Source: an uncultured virus (IMG/VR IMGVR_UViG_3300031992_003405)
Lineage: Duplodnaviria > Heunggongvirae > Uroviricota > Caudoviricetes
Length of the DNA stretch: 20,000 nucleotides
IMG/VR virus record: IMGVR_UViG_3300031992_003405
Strand: one strand, 5' to 3'
The notes below the pieces were generated by a model, which saw only the letters and a list, made by a program, of their open reading frames with translations, was not told the origin of the DNA and made no database searches. The position numbers and the translations under genes were made by a program. Positions 1 to 12,826 of this stretch are shown piece after piece (the first letter of the stretch is position 1; each line of letters begins with the position of its first letter).

Positions 1-3000
1 ATACAAAATTAAAGTATACAAGATTGAAATAAATTTCTATATAAGATTAGAATAAAATTGTTGAAATCACTTGTAAAGGCATATCCAGGTATGCCAGGAA
101 TAGAAACATTAGCCGAAGGATCTTGTACGATACAAAAAATATTATTTCTATATCGTGAAAATTTATCTATCTTTAACAGAAATCGTTATCGCTAATAAAT
201 ATTTATATTTATAAAGATACAATTAAATTTAATAAATAAATTATATTTAATGATTTTTAATATATTTAAAAAACAAAAAATTTATTTAAGAATTTGGAAC
301 AAAACCGACAGTCTCTGCACTAGCTTTGTAGAACCAGCCATCGTGTCCATAATCTCCAATATTAGTATATACACAGGTAAATTGTTCGCTAAGTCTCAAT
401 CCATTTAAAGGCTCTAAGTAACCTATATTCCAGTTCCTATATAGAGATTTTTTCTCATAATGAACAAAATGCAATAAAATTGAATTATAATAAAATTTAA
501 GTATACAATATTGGAACAAAACCGACAGAACCGGCTGCAACATAATTCTCAGATTGTATAGGAAATAAAGAAGGAAATGTGTTTCTCGTTCCTAGAAAAG
601 TAAAACAAATTGTTGCATACTCATAGTTAATTGTCAGAAATCTTTTCTACCAATAAATATTTATAAAGATATAATTAGATTTAATAAATAAATTATATTT
701 AATCATTTTTAATAATATTTATTATTTTACAAAATTTGGAACAAAACCGAGAGAATGATGACACCACGAACATGCACGATTACCGAAACGATCACTAGCG
801 AATGATATTAATTCAAATCTATTTGCTGTCTCTAGACTCGGAGATCTTTCCCATTAATAAATGAAATATATTTAAATACAATAAAATTGAATTCTAATAA
901 AATTTAAATATACAAAATTAAATATACAAGATTGACGTATACAAGATTGGAACAAAACTGTGATTATGATAAGTCCAAGCATTACCACAACTACCGAGCG
1001 GGTTACCATCACCCCCACCGCATACGTAAATATACCTCTCTTTGGCCCAGCCGCTGGTTGCAGATTTTCCCGGAAATCTTTCTTATTAATAGATTGAGTA
1101 GATTTAAATATAATGATACAAAATTAAAATATACAAGATTAAAATATACAAGATCGGAACAAAACCGAAACTAGCAGACATTGCCATTATTGATGACACT
1201 CGATCTGCATTGAACATGATTCCCTCAAAGTCGACATTATAGCTCATCTTATATCCTAAATTCGCATTGTACATCGACTGGCTCTTGCTCGGAGATTTTT
1301 CCTACCAATGAATTAAAATATATTTAAATGTAATGATAAAATTGAGTGCTAAGTTTTTTTAGAATAAAATCGTGAGAATAAGACGCCTCATAAGAATCCC
1401 AGGGAGAATCTTCTGCATCAGCAGCAGCCTTGCCTCTACGTCCTAGGCAAATACCTTGAGTACGTTTCTCTACTTCCAGAGATCTTTCCCACCAATGAAT
1501 TAGATATATTTTAATATAATAATAAAATTTAATTATATAAGATTAAAGTATACACGATTGAAGTAAACTTCTAATAGAATTTAAATATACAAAATTGAAA
1601 TAGAACCGTCACTAAAATAAAAATGCTCAGTACTCGCAGTAGTATCATAATCATATGACGGATCGTATGTCCATCTCGGACCAGCATCGCCCACACTAGT
1701 ACATTGGTCTATAGTCCGTGCATTTAGAGATCTTTCTTGTCAATAAATTAGATATATTTAAATACAATAAAATTAAATTTTAATAAAATTTAAATATACA
1801 AGATTGGAACAACAAAACCACTACTGCAATGGGGATGAAAACTTCCATATTCCCAAGATTCTGTCATACTAGTTATATAGATAAAAAAATGCTTAAAATT
1901 ATTATAAATACCATTAATTGGATCACGTATAACCAGAAATCTTTTCTATTAAAAGATTAAGTGACTTTAAATATAATGATACAAAATTTAAATATACAAG
2001 ATTGAAGTAAACTTCTAATAAAATTTGGAAAAAAATGGTATTATCATCATTATCACAATGGCCTGAGTTGCCTGACCAAGGAGGTAAACCAATAACTTGC
2101 AGCCTTTTAGGTAGTCGTACATTCACATTAACGTATGGGCTTGGAGATCTTTTTGACTAATATTAATATAAAATTAAAAAGTTTTAATAAAATATAAATA
2201 TATAAAATTTAAGTATACAAGATTGAAATAAATTACTATATAAAATTAAATATACAAAATTTGGAACAAAACCGCAACAATAATGTGCCCTCACACACCC
2301 AGGTAAACAAAATGGATATTCAAAGGAAGGTGCTTGTCGCGTCATTACACACCAGTCTTCATAACTGCTGTAGCCCTGATCATATCTTATTGGAACACGC
2401 GGAGATCTTTCCCACCAATGAACTAGATATATTTAAATATAATATAATGAAATTAAATTCTAAAAAAATTTAAATATACAAAATTGAAGTAAACTCCTAT
2501 ATAAAATATAAATATATAAAATTGGAACAAAACCGACATCTCTCCATACATCACACAAATGTCCCCATGTATCTTTTGGCCATTTCGTGCTACCATAATC
2601 CAAGATACCATCTTCTAACACAAACATAATTGTAGTGTCGTACTTAGGAGTCGGAGATCTTTCCCACTAATGAACTAAATATAATTAAATAACAATAAAA
2701 TTGAATTATATAAGATTAAATATATAAAATTTAAGTATACAAAATTGTGAACAAAATTGAGACTAATATATGCATAATTCATGTGCGAAGCGACGGGAAA
2801 TTTAGAAGGCCATACGCCAACTTCTCCTAGCATTAAAAACGTAATATCTCCCGAGCTAAATGTAGGGCATGGAGATCTTTTTCATTAATAAACTAAATAT
2901 ATTTAAACATAATAATAGAATTCAATTCTAAAAAAAATTGAAACAAAATCGAAAGAAAAAATTGCGAAATCACCACAACTTGACTCAGCGAAAACCTCAT

Positions 3001-6000
3001 ACCTGTGCGCCTCACACAAATAATTTTTATACTGATCACCGCTATTAACTCCCCGATTTCCATCATATCTTGTCGGAAATCTTTTTTTACCAATAAATTA
3101 GATATATTAAAATGTAATAATAAAATTCAATTCTAATATAATCGAAATATACAAAATTAGAATATATAGAATTGAAGTAAATTTCTATATAAGATTAAGT
3201 ATACGAGATTGAAGTAAACTTCTAATAAAATTTGGAACAAAACCGAGACTATGCAATTTATGATCTATGTGATAGATCCACTTGACTTCGCCAGAAAATT
3301 CTTGATTACCAGTCAAGCCAAATTGTCCAATGTTAGAATCAGAGTGCGTGTGATTCGGAGATCTTTCCTAATAATGAACTAAATATAACTAAAGATAATA
3401 AAATTAAATTTTATTAAAATTTAAATATACAAGATTTAAGTATATAAGATAGGAACAAAACCATGGACCATCGAACACCAGTTCCCTCCTTCCATAAAAT
3501 TTACCTGAAAATCGACATAGCTCGCATTCGGAGGTATTGAATACCCGGAAAGCTTATACGAAAATCTTTCCTACTAATAAATTAAATATAACTAAATGTA
3601 ATAAAATTTGGAATAAAACTGTGAATTTTATGACAACGCCAGTTACTATGTTCGTCTCCAGGAAAGCGGTTCTCAATATACGTACCAACGACGTATAAAT
3701 ACTGCATCGGAAACGACGCATCTAATTCTCCAGCTATTAGAAATCTTTTTTATTAATAAATCTAGCATATTTAAATACAATTTTATTATTATATTTAAAA
3801 TCTTTTTTAGAACAAAAACGATAGCAACAAAAGTATGTATACAGTCGCGCAGCCCAGGCTTATTGCTTTTACCTTGTGTAATGGCATATTAACCTTCGTA
3901 AAGCGAGGAGATTTGCAAAAATTTTTCCTACTAATATTAATATATATTAAGATAAAATTAACAAATATTTAATAAAATATAAATATACAAAATTTGGAAT
4001 AAAACCGCTTGGCCTATCAGCATACAATGAGCTTGCGTTAGTCCAACCGCCGTACTCCCACGGGTGCAAAAAACATGGTTTATTATGTGACTGACTCTCT
4101 TTACTCGGAGATCTTTCTCATCAATGAACTAAATATAACTAAAGATAATAAAATTTAAATATATAAAATTTGGAACAAAACCATAAACATCGATGGTATC
4201 AATTGCAGTCGCAAAATAACGCCCTGTAGTACCACGATTACTTGAGTAAGTAAAACGCTTATAAGGTTGCATATCTAAAGAGTCATTTGCGACATCTGGA
4301 TATACGCCCAGAGATCTTTCCTTCATCAATAAATTAAATATAACTAAATATAACGAAATACAATGAAATTGAATTTTAAAAATTTAAATATACAATATTG
4401 AAATAAACTTCTATACAAGATTAAATATACTAGATTGCAATATGCAAGATTGGAACAAAACCGCTTTTCCAACCCGCAGGGCCATACGGATAACTACAAT
4501 ACAGGTTCACGGCAACGTCAATCTTTCCATCGTTCCTCGTCGCACCTACAACGAAATCAAAACCTATGTCACTCGCCCCGAATTCAGCGACCCAAGCCTT
4601 CGTCGGCGATTTTTTTCATCAATGAATTAAATATATTTAAATGAATTTTAATAAAATTTAGACTATAACCCTCAACACAAGATGCATAAATGTTAATAGC
4701 CCTAGCGAAATCGTTGTAAGAACTGTATCCTACTTCGCAAAATCTTAGACTTGTATCAGCTTTAGATACGTCGACTAATGTTTTCGGAGATCTTTTTTTA
4801 CCAATAAAATATAATTAAATACAATAAAATTCAATTTTAAAAATTTAAATATACAAGATTGAAATAAAACCGTGACATTGATAGCATGCGCCCCCAACGC
4901 TAATTCCACGCTCATAATTCGAACTTAAGCCTCCACCACCGTAATAATACACAAGCAACCACCACATATCTTGCCCGGAACTACCAAGTTCCGGAGAGCT
5001 TTTTCACCAATAAACTAGATATAACTAAAGATAATAAAATTTAGAATAAAACTGAGAATATGACTACATACCTTATACTGTCCGGGACGATAATCTCCTT
5101 CCCACGCATTGCCACTATTTGCGATTGGGATATACATGGTGCCTCGAATATTGTCACCATAATTACAGTCCGGAAATTTTTTACATCAATAAAATATAAT
5201 TAAATACAATAAAATTAAATTTTAAAAAATTTTAATATACAAAATTAGAACAAAATCGACGCCATTATCGGTCCAATTACTCACGGCGTCGAAGATGTCA
5301 CATGCTGAATCTTAACATATAAGACCACTGACTTCATAATGGGTAACGTGTTGTAATTTACTCGGAAATCTTTTCCTATTAATATGAATATATATTAATA
5401 TAAAATTAAAAAATTTTAATAAAATATAAATATACAAAATTAAAGTAAACTTCTATATAAAATTAGAATAAAACCGATATTATTCCACGCATTATCAGCA
5501 TTATCAACCCAGTTTAATAACGATACATTAGGAAAATTTGGCGCTGCATTAAACACCCGACTTCTCACTACAGTACTATTACCAGACCATTGATTCGAAG
5601 ATCTTTCTCATCAATAAATTAAATATAATTAAATTGAATTCTACAAAATTTAAGTATACAAGATTAAAGTAAACTTTTATATAAATTGTAAGTATACAAG
5701 ATTATAACAAAACTGTGAATATTATTTACATAATAACAATCAGGCAAATAATAGTAGTTCTTTAAAGGCGTTTTTATTCCATACTTTTCTAACATACAAA
5801 AAGCATATTCCCAACTACCTACATTTAGAGATATTTCCCGTCAATAAATTAGATATATTATGTAATAATTAAATTAAATTCTAATAGAATTTAAATATAT
5901 AAGATTACAGTATGCAAGATTAAAGTAAATTTCTAATAAAATTTGGAACAAAACCGTTAACACGCTGAATTCCCTCGTAATTAGTGTTTGTCCACCCATA

Positions 6001-9000
6001 CCCATAGGCATGGCCGTACCATGTCAGTAAGCAAAATCCCCAACTGGGGGAAGGGTGATTCGGAGATCTTTCCTGCTAATATATATTAAGATAAAATTAA
6101 AAAATTTTAATAAAATATAAATATACAAAATTTAAAGTATACAAGATTAAAATATATAAGATTGAAGTAAACGTAAACTTCTAATAAAATTTGGAACAAA
6201 ACCGATGTATACATTCGCGTAATAAGAGCCACGCAGACCTGGCTCATTGGTCTTCCCTTGTGGCCCGCAATATTGCCCGACATAGAGTCCGTTTTCCCTC
6301 GGAGATCTTTACCACCAATAAATTAAATATATTAAAATGTAATAATAAAATTCAATTCTAAAAATTTAAATATACAAGATTAAAATAAAACCGTGAATAT
6401 AAATTGCCCTGTGATGTTGACTGGTTACCGGGAAGGTAGAAGGAAAATGGTTTGCTTCACCTAGAACACAATAGCGATTGTATTCTGCGAGCTCGTATCT
6501 TGCCGGAGATCTTTCCCACTAATAAATTAGATGTATTTAAATACAATAAAATTTAATTTTACAAAATTTAAATATACAAAATTGAAGTATACAAGATTAA
6601 AGTAAGCTCCTATATAAAATTAAATATATAAGATTGGAACGAACTCGGCGTTATGTGATGGGATGGTAGTCCATCAATCACTATATATGCCGAATCCTTG
6701 ATTAAATTCTACCGGCACGCACGAAAATCTTTCCTACCAATAAATCTAGTATATTTAAATACAATGATAAAATTTTATTTTACAAAGTTTGGAATAAAAC
6801 AGACATCTTCATCTGCATATATACGATAGGACATACACCTGCCATCTACACATAAAGTACCATAATCCCAAGCATCGATCTCTGGCGCATAACTAGATTC
6901 ATAATATTTTTGTGTTGGAGATCTTTCCCACCAATGAACTAAATATAATAAAAATAAATTATGATAAAATTAAAGTATACAAGATTAAAGTATATAAAAT
7001 TAAAACAAAATCAAGACTATCAATACCGTTTTCTCCATATCCACTTCTTGGGCCATCGCTTGCATACCAAATAGATGTGAAATTACTTAGACCATAATTA
7101 CCATAACTATCTTTATACTTTACCAGAGATCTTTTCTGCTAATAAATTAAATATATTTAAATACAATAATAAAATTGAATTTAAATATATTTAAATATAT
7201 AAGATTAAAGTATATAAAATGAAAGTATACAAGATTGAAATAAACTTCTATATAAAATTAGAACAAAACCAAGATCACAAAAGCTGTCTTCACTATGATC
7301 GCCTGCCACACCAGATTTATGTGTCATGATAGTAGACATTTGTGCATAATATCCCTTGCCTGGATATGACCCACTCACTTTAGTCGGAGATCTTTTCTAT
7401 TAATAAATTAAATATAATTAAATACAATAAAAATTGAATTTTAGCAAAATTTAAGTATACAAGATTGAAGTAAAACTTTTATATAAAATTAAATATACAA
7501 GATTGGAATAAAACCGCGAGTTGTAGTGTGTTGATCGTGAAGATGATCATCAATCGATAGGTTCGATGTACCTACACTATGTAGCTCTGCGCCCCACACT
7601 TGCAGATGGCAATAATGACTCATTGACGAATTGTTAGCCGGAGATCTTTCCCACTAATATTAATATATATTAAGATAAAATTAAAAAATTTTAATAAAAT
7701 ATAAATATACAAGATTGGAATAAACTTCTATATAAAATTAGAACAAAACCGTAAGATAGAAATACTCGGTAATTCGCGTACGCGTATCCTGCCGACACTT
7801 CACTATTATACGCATCAGTACCATATACTTTACAAAACTGTATGGTATAGTTAGCGTTCCGAACTGTCATCGGAGATTTTTCCCACTAATGGACGGAGTA
7901 TAACTAAATGTAATAAAATTCAATTCTAATAGAATTTAAATATACAAGATTAAAACGAGCTTCTAATAAAATTTGGAACAAAACCGTTACTAGCCCACAC
8001 AAAACTAGTCTTGGCAATAACATCGCTAACACTGCCGTACGATACCAGCTGGTAATTAAAGTATCCCACAGATGTAAAACATGGGTTGTTATCCTGAACC
8101 CACGGATTGAGTGACGGAGATCTTTCTCACCAATAAGCTAAATATAACTAAAGATAATAAAATTAAATTATACAAAATTTGGAACAAAACCGGCACAAAG
8201 GACGTCCATCGTATATGACGGTTTCTCAAAGCCAAGTCCAAGGACGTCACCCCTACGATGTAACCAGCACCAGTTACCGTACTTCTGCAACCCCTCGTCC
8301 CAAGTCACTGGCACATGCGGAGATCTTTCCTACCAATAAACTGAGTATAACTAAATACAATAAAATTGAATTTTAACAAAATTTAAATATACAAGATAAA
8401 AGTATATAAAATGAAAATATACAAGATTGAAGTAAATTTCTATATAAAATTAAATATACAAAATCAAAGTATACAAGATTGGAACAAAACCGTAACTACT
8501 ATTTACTACAGCATTACCACTACTGCCGAGCGGATTATTGTCACTACCATCGCTTACGTATTCATCTCTCTCTAAGGGCCATCCTACGTATGCATTATAT
8601 TTACCCGGAAATCTTTCTTATTAATAGATTGAATAGATTTAAATATAATAATACAAAATTAAAATATACAAAATTGAACCAAAGCCGTATGAATCTGTAG
8701 TTCTCCAGATGCCGTTGTCCGTGAGATCAATATCATAATTTTGTATGCCAATAAATTCAATCTAAGTCTTGTATCCCAATGCCGGGCGAATTAGTGCCAT
8801 TCGGGCCCTTATGCAGAGATCTTTCCCACTTATAAACTAAATATATTTAAATGTAATAATAAAATTTAATTCTATAAAATTTATAACAAAACTGAAGCTA
8901 TTGTATGAAAACTGTATCTCATTTTCATATCGACTAAAACCTTGCCTGCCAGTATCAGAAGTAACGGATGCATATCCGTTAATTTCGCATCGCTCACACC

Positions 9001-11131
9001 CAGCGAAAAGTAACCTGAATCTGTCTTCGACGGAGATATTTCCTACTAATAAAATATAACTAGCTAAATACAATAAAATTAAATTTTACAAAATTTAAAT
9101 ATATAAAATTAGAGTATATAAAATTGAAGCAAACTTTTATACAAGATTAGAGTAAACTTCTATATAAAATATAAATATACAAAATTTGGATATATAAAAT
9201 TGGAACAAAACCGTTAGATGTAAAATTGTATTTCCAGTTACCTAAATTGTCTATACCATGACTAATAAGAGCACCACCGTTTCCCGCAATCATTATCACC
9301 ACCCACTGCTCATCATGGTTGTTTTGTACTACAGTCAAAGATCTTTTCCACTAATGTTAATATAGAATTAAAAAATTCTAATAAAATTTAAATATATAAA
9401 ATTAAATATACAAGATCGGAACAAAACTGCCAGACTTATGTACGTTCCATTCATTACTCGTATAGACACCATGTAAGTCGGAAATGCGCAACCCGCCATC
9501 ATCAAGGAGTCTATCCAGAGATTTTTTTCACCAATAAATTAAATATATAAGATTGAAGTAAACTTCTAATAAATTTAGAAAAAAACCGTTACTTCTAAAA
9601 TTGAAAAAATGACTAGCTCCATCATATGTGTTATTCCCATATCCACCTAGTTTACACGTATCTGAATCAGAATCAGCTTCATATTTACTCGAATATCTTT
9701 CCTACCAATAAACTAAGTATAATTAAATGTAATGAAATTGAATTCTACAAAATTTAAATATACAAGATTAGAATAAAACCGTGAGAATAATAATGCTGTT
9801 CATAAGCCGCAGATCCTGAATCTCTAGCACTCGGCCAAGCCCAACTTAAATAAAACCCAGGTACACAGCACCAATTTACATAATTATTCATCTCGGGAGC
9901 CAAAGATCTTTTATAATAATATAGAAATAAAATCGATAGTATCATTAATAAACCAATAGCCAGGATCGCTAAGATGTCGTGCACTGGGCCACGCAGCACT
10001 TATTGTAAAAGCTACACTAATACCAAACCATTGATCACCACCAACTTGAAACGGAAATCTTTTATAGAATTAGATATAATAATTATTCAATTGTTTATTT
10101 TAATATCATATTTATAAATCAATGAATAATAATTATAAAATAATATAATTTAAATTAAATCTTGTTTTATTAAATACATTATTTATTAAAAAATTTTTAA
10201 ATATATAATGTTTTTTAATCAAACCACACGTTCGGTATACATGTAATCCATTACATATTCCCAAACCATTTTCTAATATGAAGTGTGGAGAAATGTCATA
10301 CATATTATTATAATTACTGCCAGAATCCTCCACGTTTTGAATAGAAATCTTTATAATAATTTAAATTATTATATTATTATTTGAAAATAAAACCGTCTAC
10401 AAAAAATACCCAATCATAGTCACTTGCTAAAGCTTGTACTGGTCCTGGCCATAAGTGACTAAGAGTTTTATACAAAACTAGAGCAAAACTCTTGTCACTA
10501 CTATCTCTAGCTAGAAATCTTTATAATATAAATATATAATTAAAAAAATTAATTACTTTTTAATTATATAGTATAATTTTAAAAATTGTTTTAGAACAAA
10601 GCCAAAATTTATTATGCCTGCTGCAAAATCTGACCCATCAAAATAGTATCCATAGCCATATCCTATCCGTTTTAATATACAAAAGTCAACTTGGTAAGTT
10701 TTGTCTAGATGCAGAAATCTTTTCTGTCAATGAATATATATTTTTAATCAATTATTATTATAAAAATTAAAATAAAATCTGAAATAAAATTTAAAATAAA
10801 ACCGTGATCATAAGGCGCCTGATCATGATTGGCAAACGATCCACCGCCACCATTCCATTGTATACCAACTAACCTTACTAACATAAATGTCGTACCTACA
10901 TGTTCTGACATTCTCGGAGATCTTTTTTATTAGTACTATTTATTATATAAAATTATTTTTATAAAATTTAAATATACAAGATTGGAACAAAACTAACATT
11001 GCGCCATACTTCGGTTAAGTGTCCCCAAGTATCTTGCGGCCATTTTCTTGAACCAAAATCATGCAAACCATCAGATAGGGTAAAAAGGCCTTCATTGCGT
11101 GTGTTGCTCAGTTTCGAAATGCTTCTATATA
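1..11131 (-). repeat. Array 1: about 51 silent variable-region cassettes (WERSP-[variable]-GFVP) separated by AT-rich linkers
   Basis: On the + strand each unit has a left anchor resembling ttggaacaaaaccg (e.g. 293, 510, 736, 2261, 2522, 3232, 5943, 6191, 7973, 8179, 8479, 9200, 10982). This is followed by a unique, more GC-rich core of ~75-140 bp and a right anchor resembling cggagatctttcccaccaatgaa (e.g. 839, 1477, 2400, 2652, 4106, 6300, 6504, 8318). Read on the minus strand the anchors encode HWWERSP and GFVPN, the residues flanking the C-terminal segment of the gene at 13013-13165. Period ~150-300 bp. The count is by eye, and the array probably continues past the left edge. Confidence 0.95.
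6186..6319 (-). repeat. Cassette identical to the currently expressed variable region
   Basis: 6186-6310 equals 13031-13155 base for base (125 bp), then one mismatch (a6311 vs c13156), then ccaccaat matches again. Encodes ERSPRENGLYVGQYCGPQGKTNEPGLRGSYYANVYIGFVPNF except for the first base of the E codon. Confidence 0.98.
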
Positions 11132-11167
11132 AAATTAATATATTAATTAGAATTTTTATATAAATTC

Positions 11168-11283
11168 ATAATAAACGCATTTATAATAAACGCATTTATA
11201 ATAAAAATATTTGTTATATCTTCTCATTTGTAATCATTTTCATCTTGTGATTATTTTCATCTCGTAATTATTTTCGCCTCGTG
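11168..11283. repeat. Short tandem repeats at the gene-proximal end of array 1
   Basis: ataataaacgcattt occurs twice plus a partial copy (11168-11205). A ~17-bp unit occurs three times: ttgtaatcattttcatc / ttgtgattattttcatc / tcgtaattattttcgcc (11227-11283). Confidence 0.7.
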
Positions 11284-12427
11284 GCGAAGTATCTAAATTT
11301 GTTCCATATATCTCTAATAATGTCTATATTATTCTCTCATTATTATAACTTAGTCATTTAGAAAATTTATTATATAAAATAATTCTATCATTAATATTAA
11401 AAATTTTTTTCATAGTGCGAAATTACGATATTTTTTATTTTTCATATTATTTCCATTAAAATTTTTGGCGGCGTGGAGTCAAATATTTTTTTTTCTTTTA
11501 TCGATTTTTTTTCTATTAGTATTAATTATTTTTTATTAATATTGATTATTTTTTATTTTATACTATTTTATACTATTCTGCCCCTGTAATTTCATAAAAA
11601 TCTGGGCAAATCTTTTATAAATATCTTTAAATTATATATAAATTTATCTTGTTTATTAAAATTTATAATATTATATCTTTTTTATTCATATATTAAGCTA
11701 AAATGAATGAAATTTACTATTATAAACATTTATATATATATTATAGTTTATATAAACTATTAGGCATATATAAATATATTAATATTTTATTAAATATTTT
11801 TGATTAATTAAATATATTACTTAAAGTAGAAGTACGACAACGTTCGACTTGTATATTAATTTTTTATTTTGCCTTTTATAGTATATAAACTATTTATATT
11901 CATTAATATAGTTAATATATCAATTATATGACAACATCGTTTGTCTAACGACTCAACGAAACTATAAAAACCGTCTTCATACCCATAAATAATTGTCCCT
12001 GCATTAAGTATTTTTTTAATTAGCCAGTTATATTCAAGGATACTTATAATATTAAAAAGTATATTCCATTTTAATGGATAATATTTTAATTAATATATTA
12101 TCCTCTATTATAAACCTTAATTGATACGACGTAGTTCGTAAATATATAAGTTGTCCAGTATATTCCTTTTAGCCATATTTTTAATTAATAAGTGTTTATA
12201 TTATTAATTAATGTATATAATTTCATTTTAGTTGTGCCCTCATAGTTTCACCCCAAACTTGTCTTTATTCCCTCACCCCAATTTGTGTCTTCATAATATA
12301 AAAACTATACGTTCCTACAATACTTTAGAAAATTATACATCATACAAGAGTACTTTATACTTTATACATTATTTTTTCATACTTTATGCTAATAAAAATA
12401 TATTAGACTATTTATATAAATTAAAAT

Positions 12428-12463
12428 AAAAGAGAATATATCAATTAAGATATATTCTCTTTT
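12428..12463. terminator. Perfect inverted repeat, possible bidirectional intrinsic terminator
   Basis: aaaagagaatatatc-aattaa-gatatattctctttt forms a 15-bp perfect stem with A/T tracts at both ends. It lies between the target gene 3' end and array 1. Confidence 0.6.
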
Positions 12464-12570
12464 TTATCTATATTAATTATTTTTATTATTATTGTTATTT
12501 TTTATCAATATATATTTATTATAATTTACTGGCTATTTCTAAGCAGATAAATTATAGGCTATTATAAATA

Positions 12571-12633
12571 TATAAATTTGTTCATTAACGTATAAACTTA
12601 TGTTCATTGACGTATGAATTTACATTCATTGAT
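12571..12633. repeat. Three degenerate ~21-bp direct repeats
   Basis: tataaatttgttcattaacg / tataaacttatgttcattgacg / tatgaatttacattcattgatg. Confidence 0.6.
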
Positions 12634-12651
12634 GGTATTAATTACTTTTAG

Positions 12652-12826
12652 TGTGTTCCAAATCTAGAAGCGGATTAATTTTTATAGCATCTTTCTCTTT
12701 TATAAGAGACTTATGCTCTTATATATTTATTATTAGCGCAATAGCCTAACGCTGTTTAGTTCATAACGTTTTTCAGTATATGAACCTATAATTTTAAAAA
12801 CTATAAGCCTTAATCCGCCGAACATA
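12652..12826. ncRNA. Putative multi-stem structured element of unknown family
   Basis: Nested complementary segments: tgtgttc(12652)/gaacata(12820), gcggattaa(12670)/ttaatccgc(12810), agcat..tctctt(12686-12699)/aagaga..atgct(12704-12717), agcg(12735)/cgct(12750), gttcata(12759)/tatgaac(12779). Confidence 0.4.

Noticed and set aside
6186..6310. Classical DGR template repeat
   Set aside because: No A-specific mismatches to the variable region, not AAY-rich, no adjacent RT, and structurally the same as the other ~60 cassettes.
6634..6744. Stop-codon reassignment suggested by an in-frame TGA in one core
   Set aside because: Single instance. The long genes and the other cores read through without internal TGA or TAG, so a decayed cassette is the simpler explanation.
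932..8700. Short + strand ORFs (932, 2261, 4435, 4442, 6912, 8179, 8479) as a small-protein family (MEQNR...EIFPTN)
   Set aside because: They are antisense shadows of the cassettes. Their shared motifs are the reverse-complement anchors, most of the starts are TTG codons in or near the anchor, and I saw no RBS.
286..10333. Short minus-strand ORFs in array 1, and 18807-18989 in array 2, as independent genes
   Set aside because: They are cassette cores extended by chance into AT-rich linkers and lack consistent starts. They are better explained as silent cassettes.
1..11131. CRISPR array
   Set aside because: Units have two different degenerate anchors plus variable linkers, cores are ~75-140 bp and protein-coding in frame, the anchors match the neighbouring gene, and no cas genes are present.
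1..11131. Integron cassette array or shufflon
   Set aside because: No attC-like inverted repeats, complete cassette ORFs, integrase or invertase are visible. Cassettes within an array are co-oriented, and the expressed segment is duplicated rather than moved.
11920..12429. Small ORFs in the gap between array 1 and the target gene (including 12232-12429)
   Set aside because: Short, low-complexity and without recognisable motifs or convincing starts; cannot be supported.
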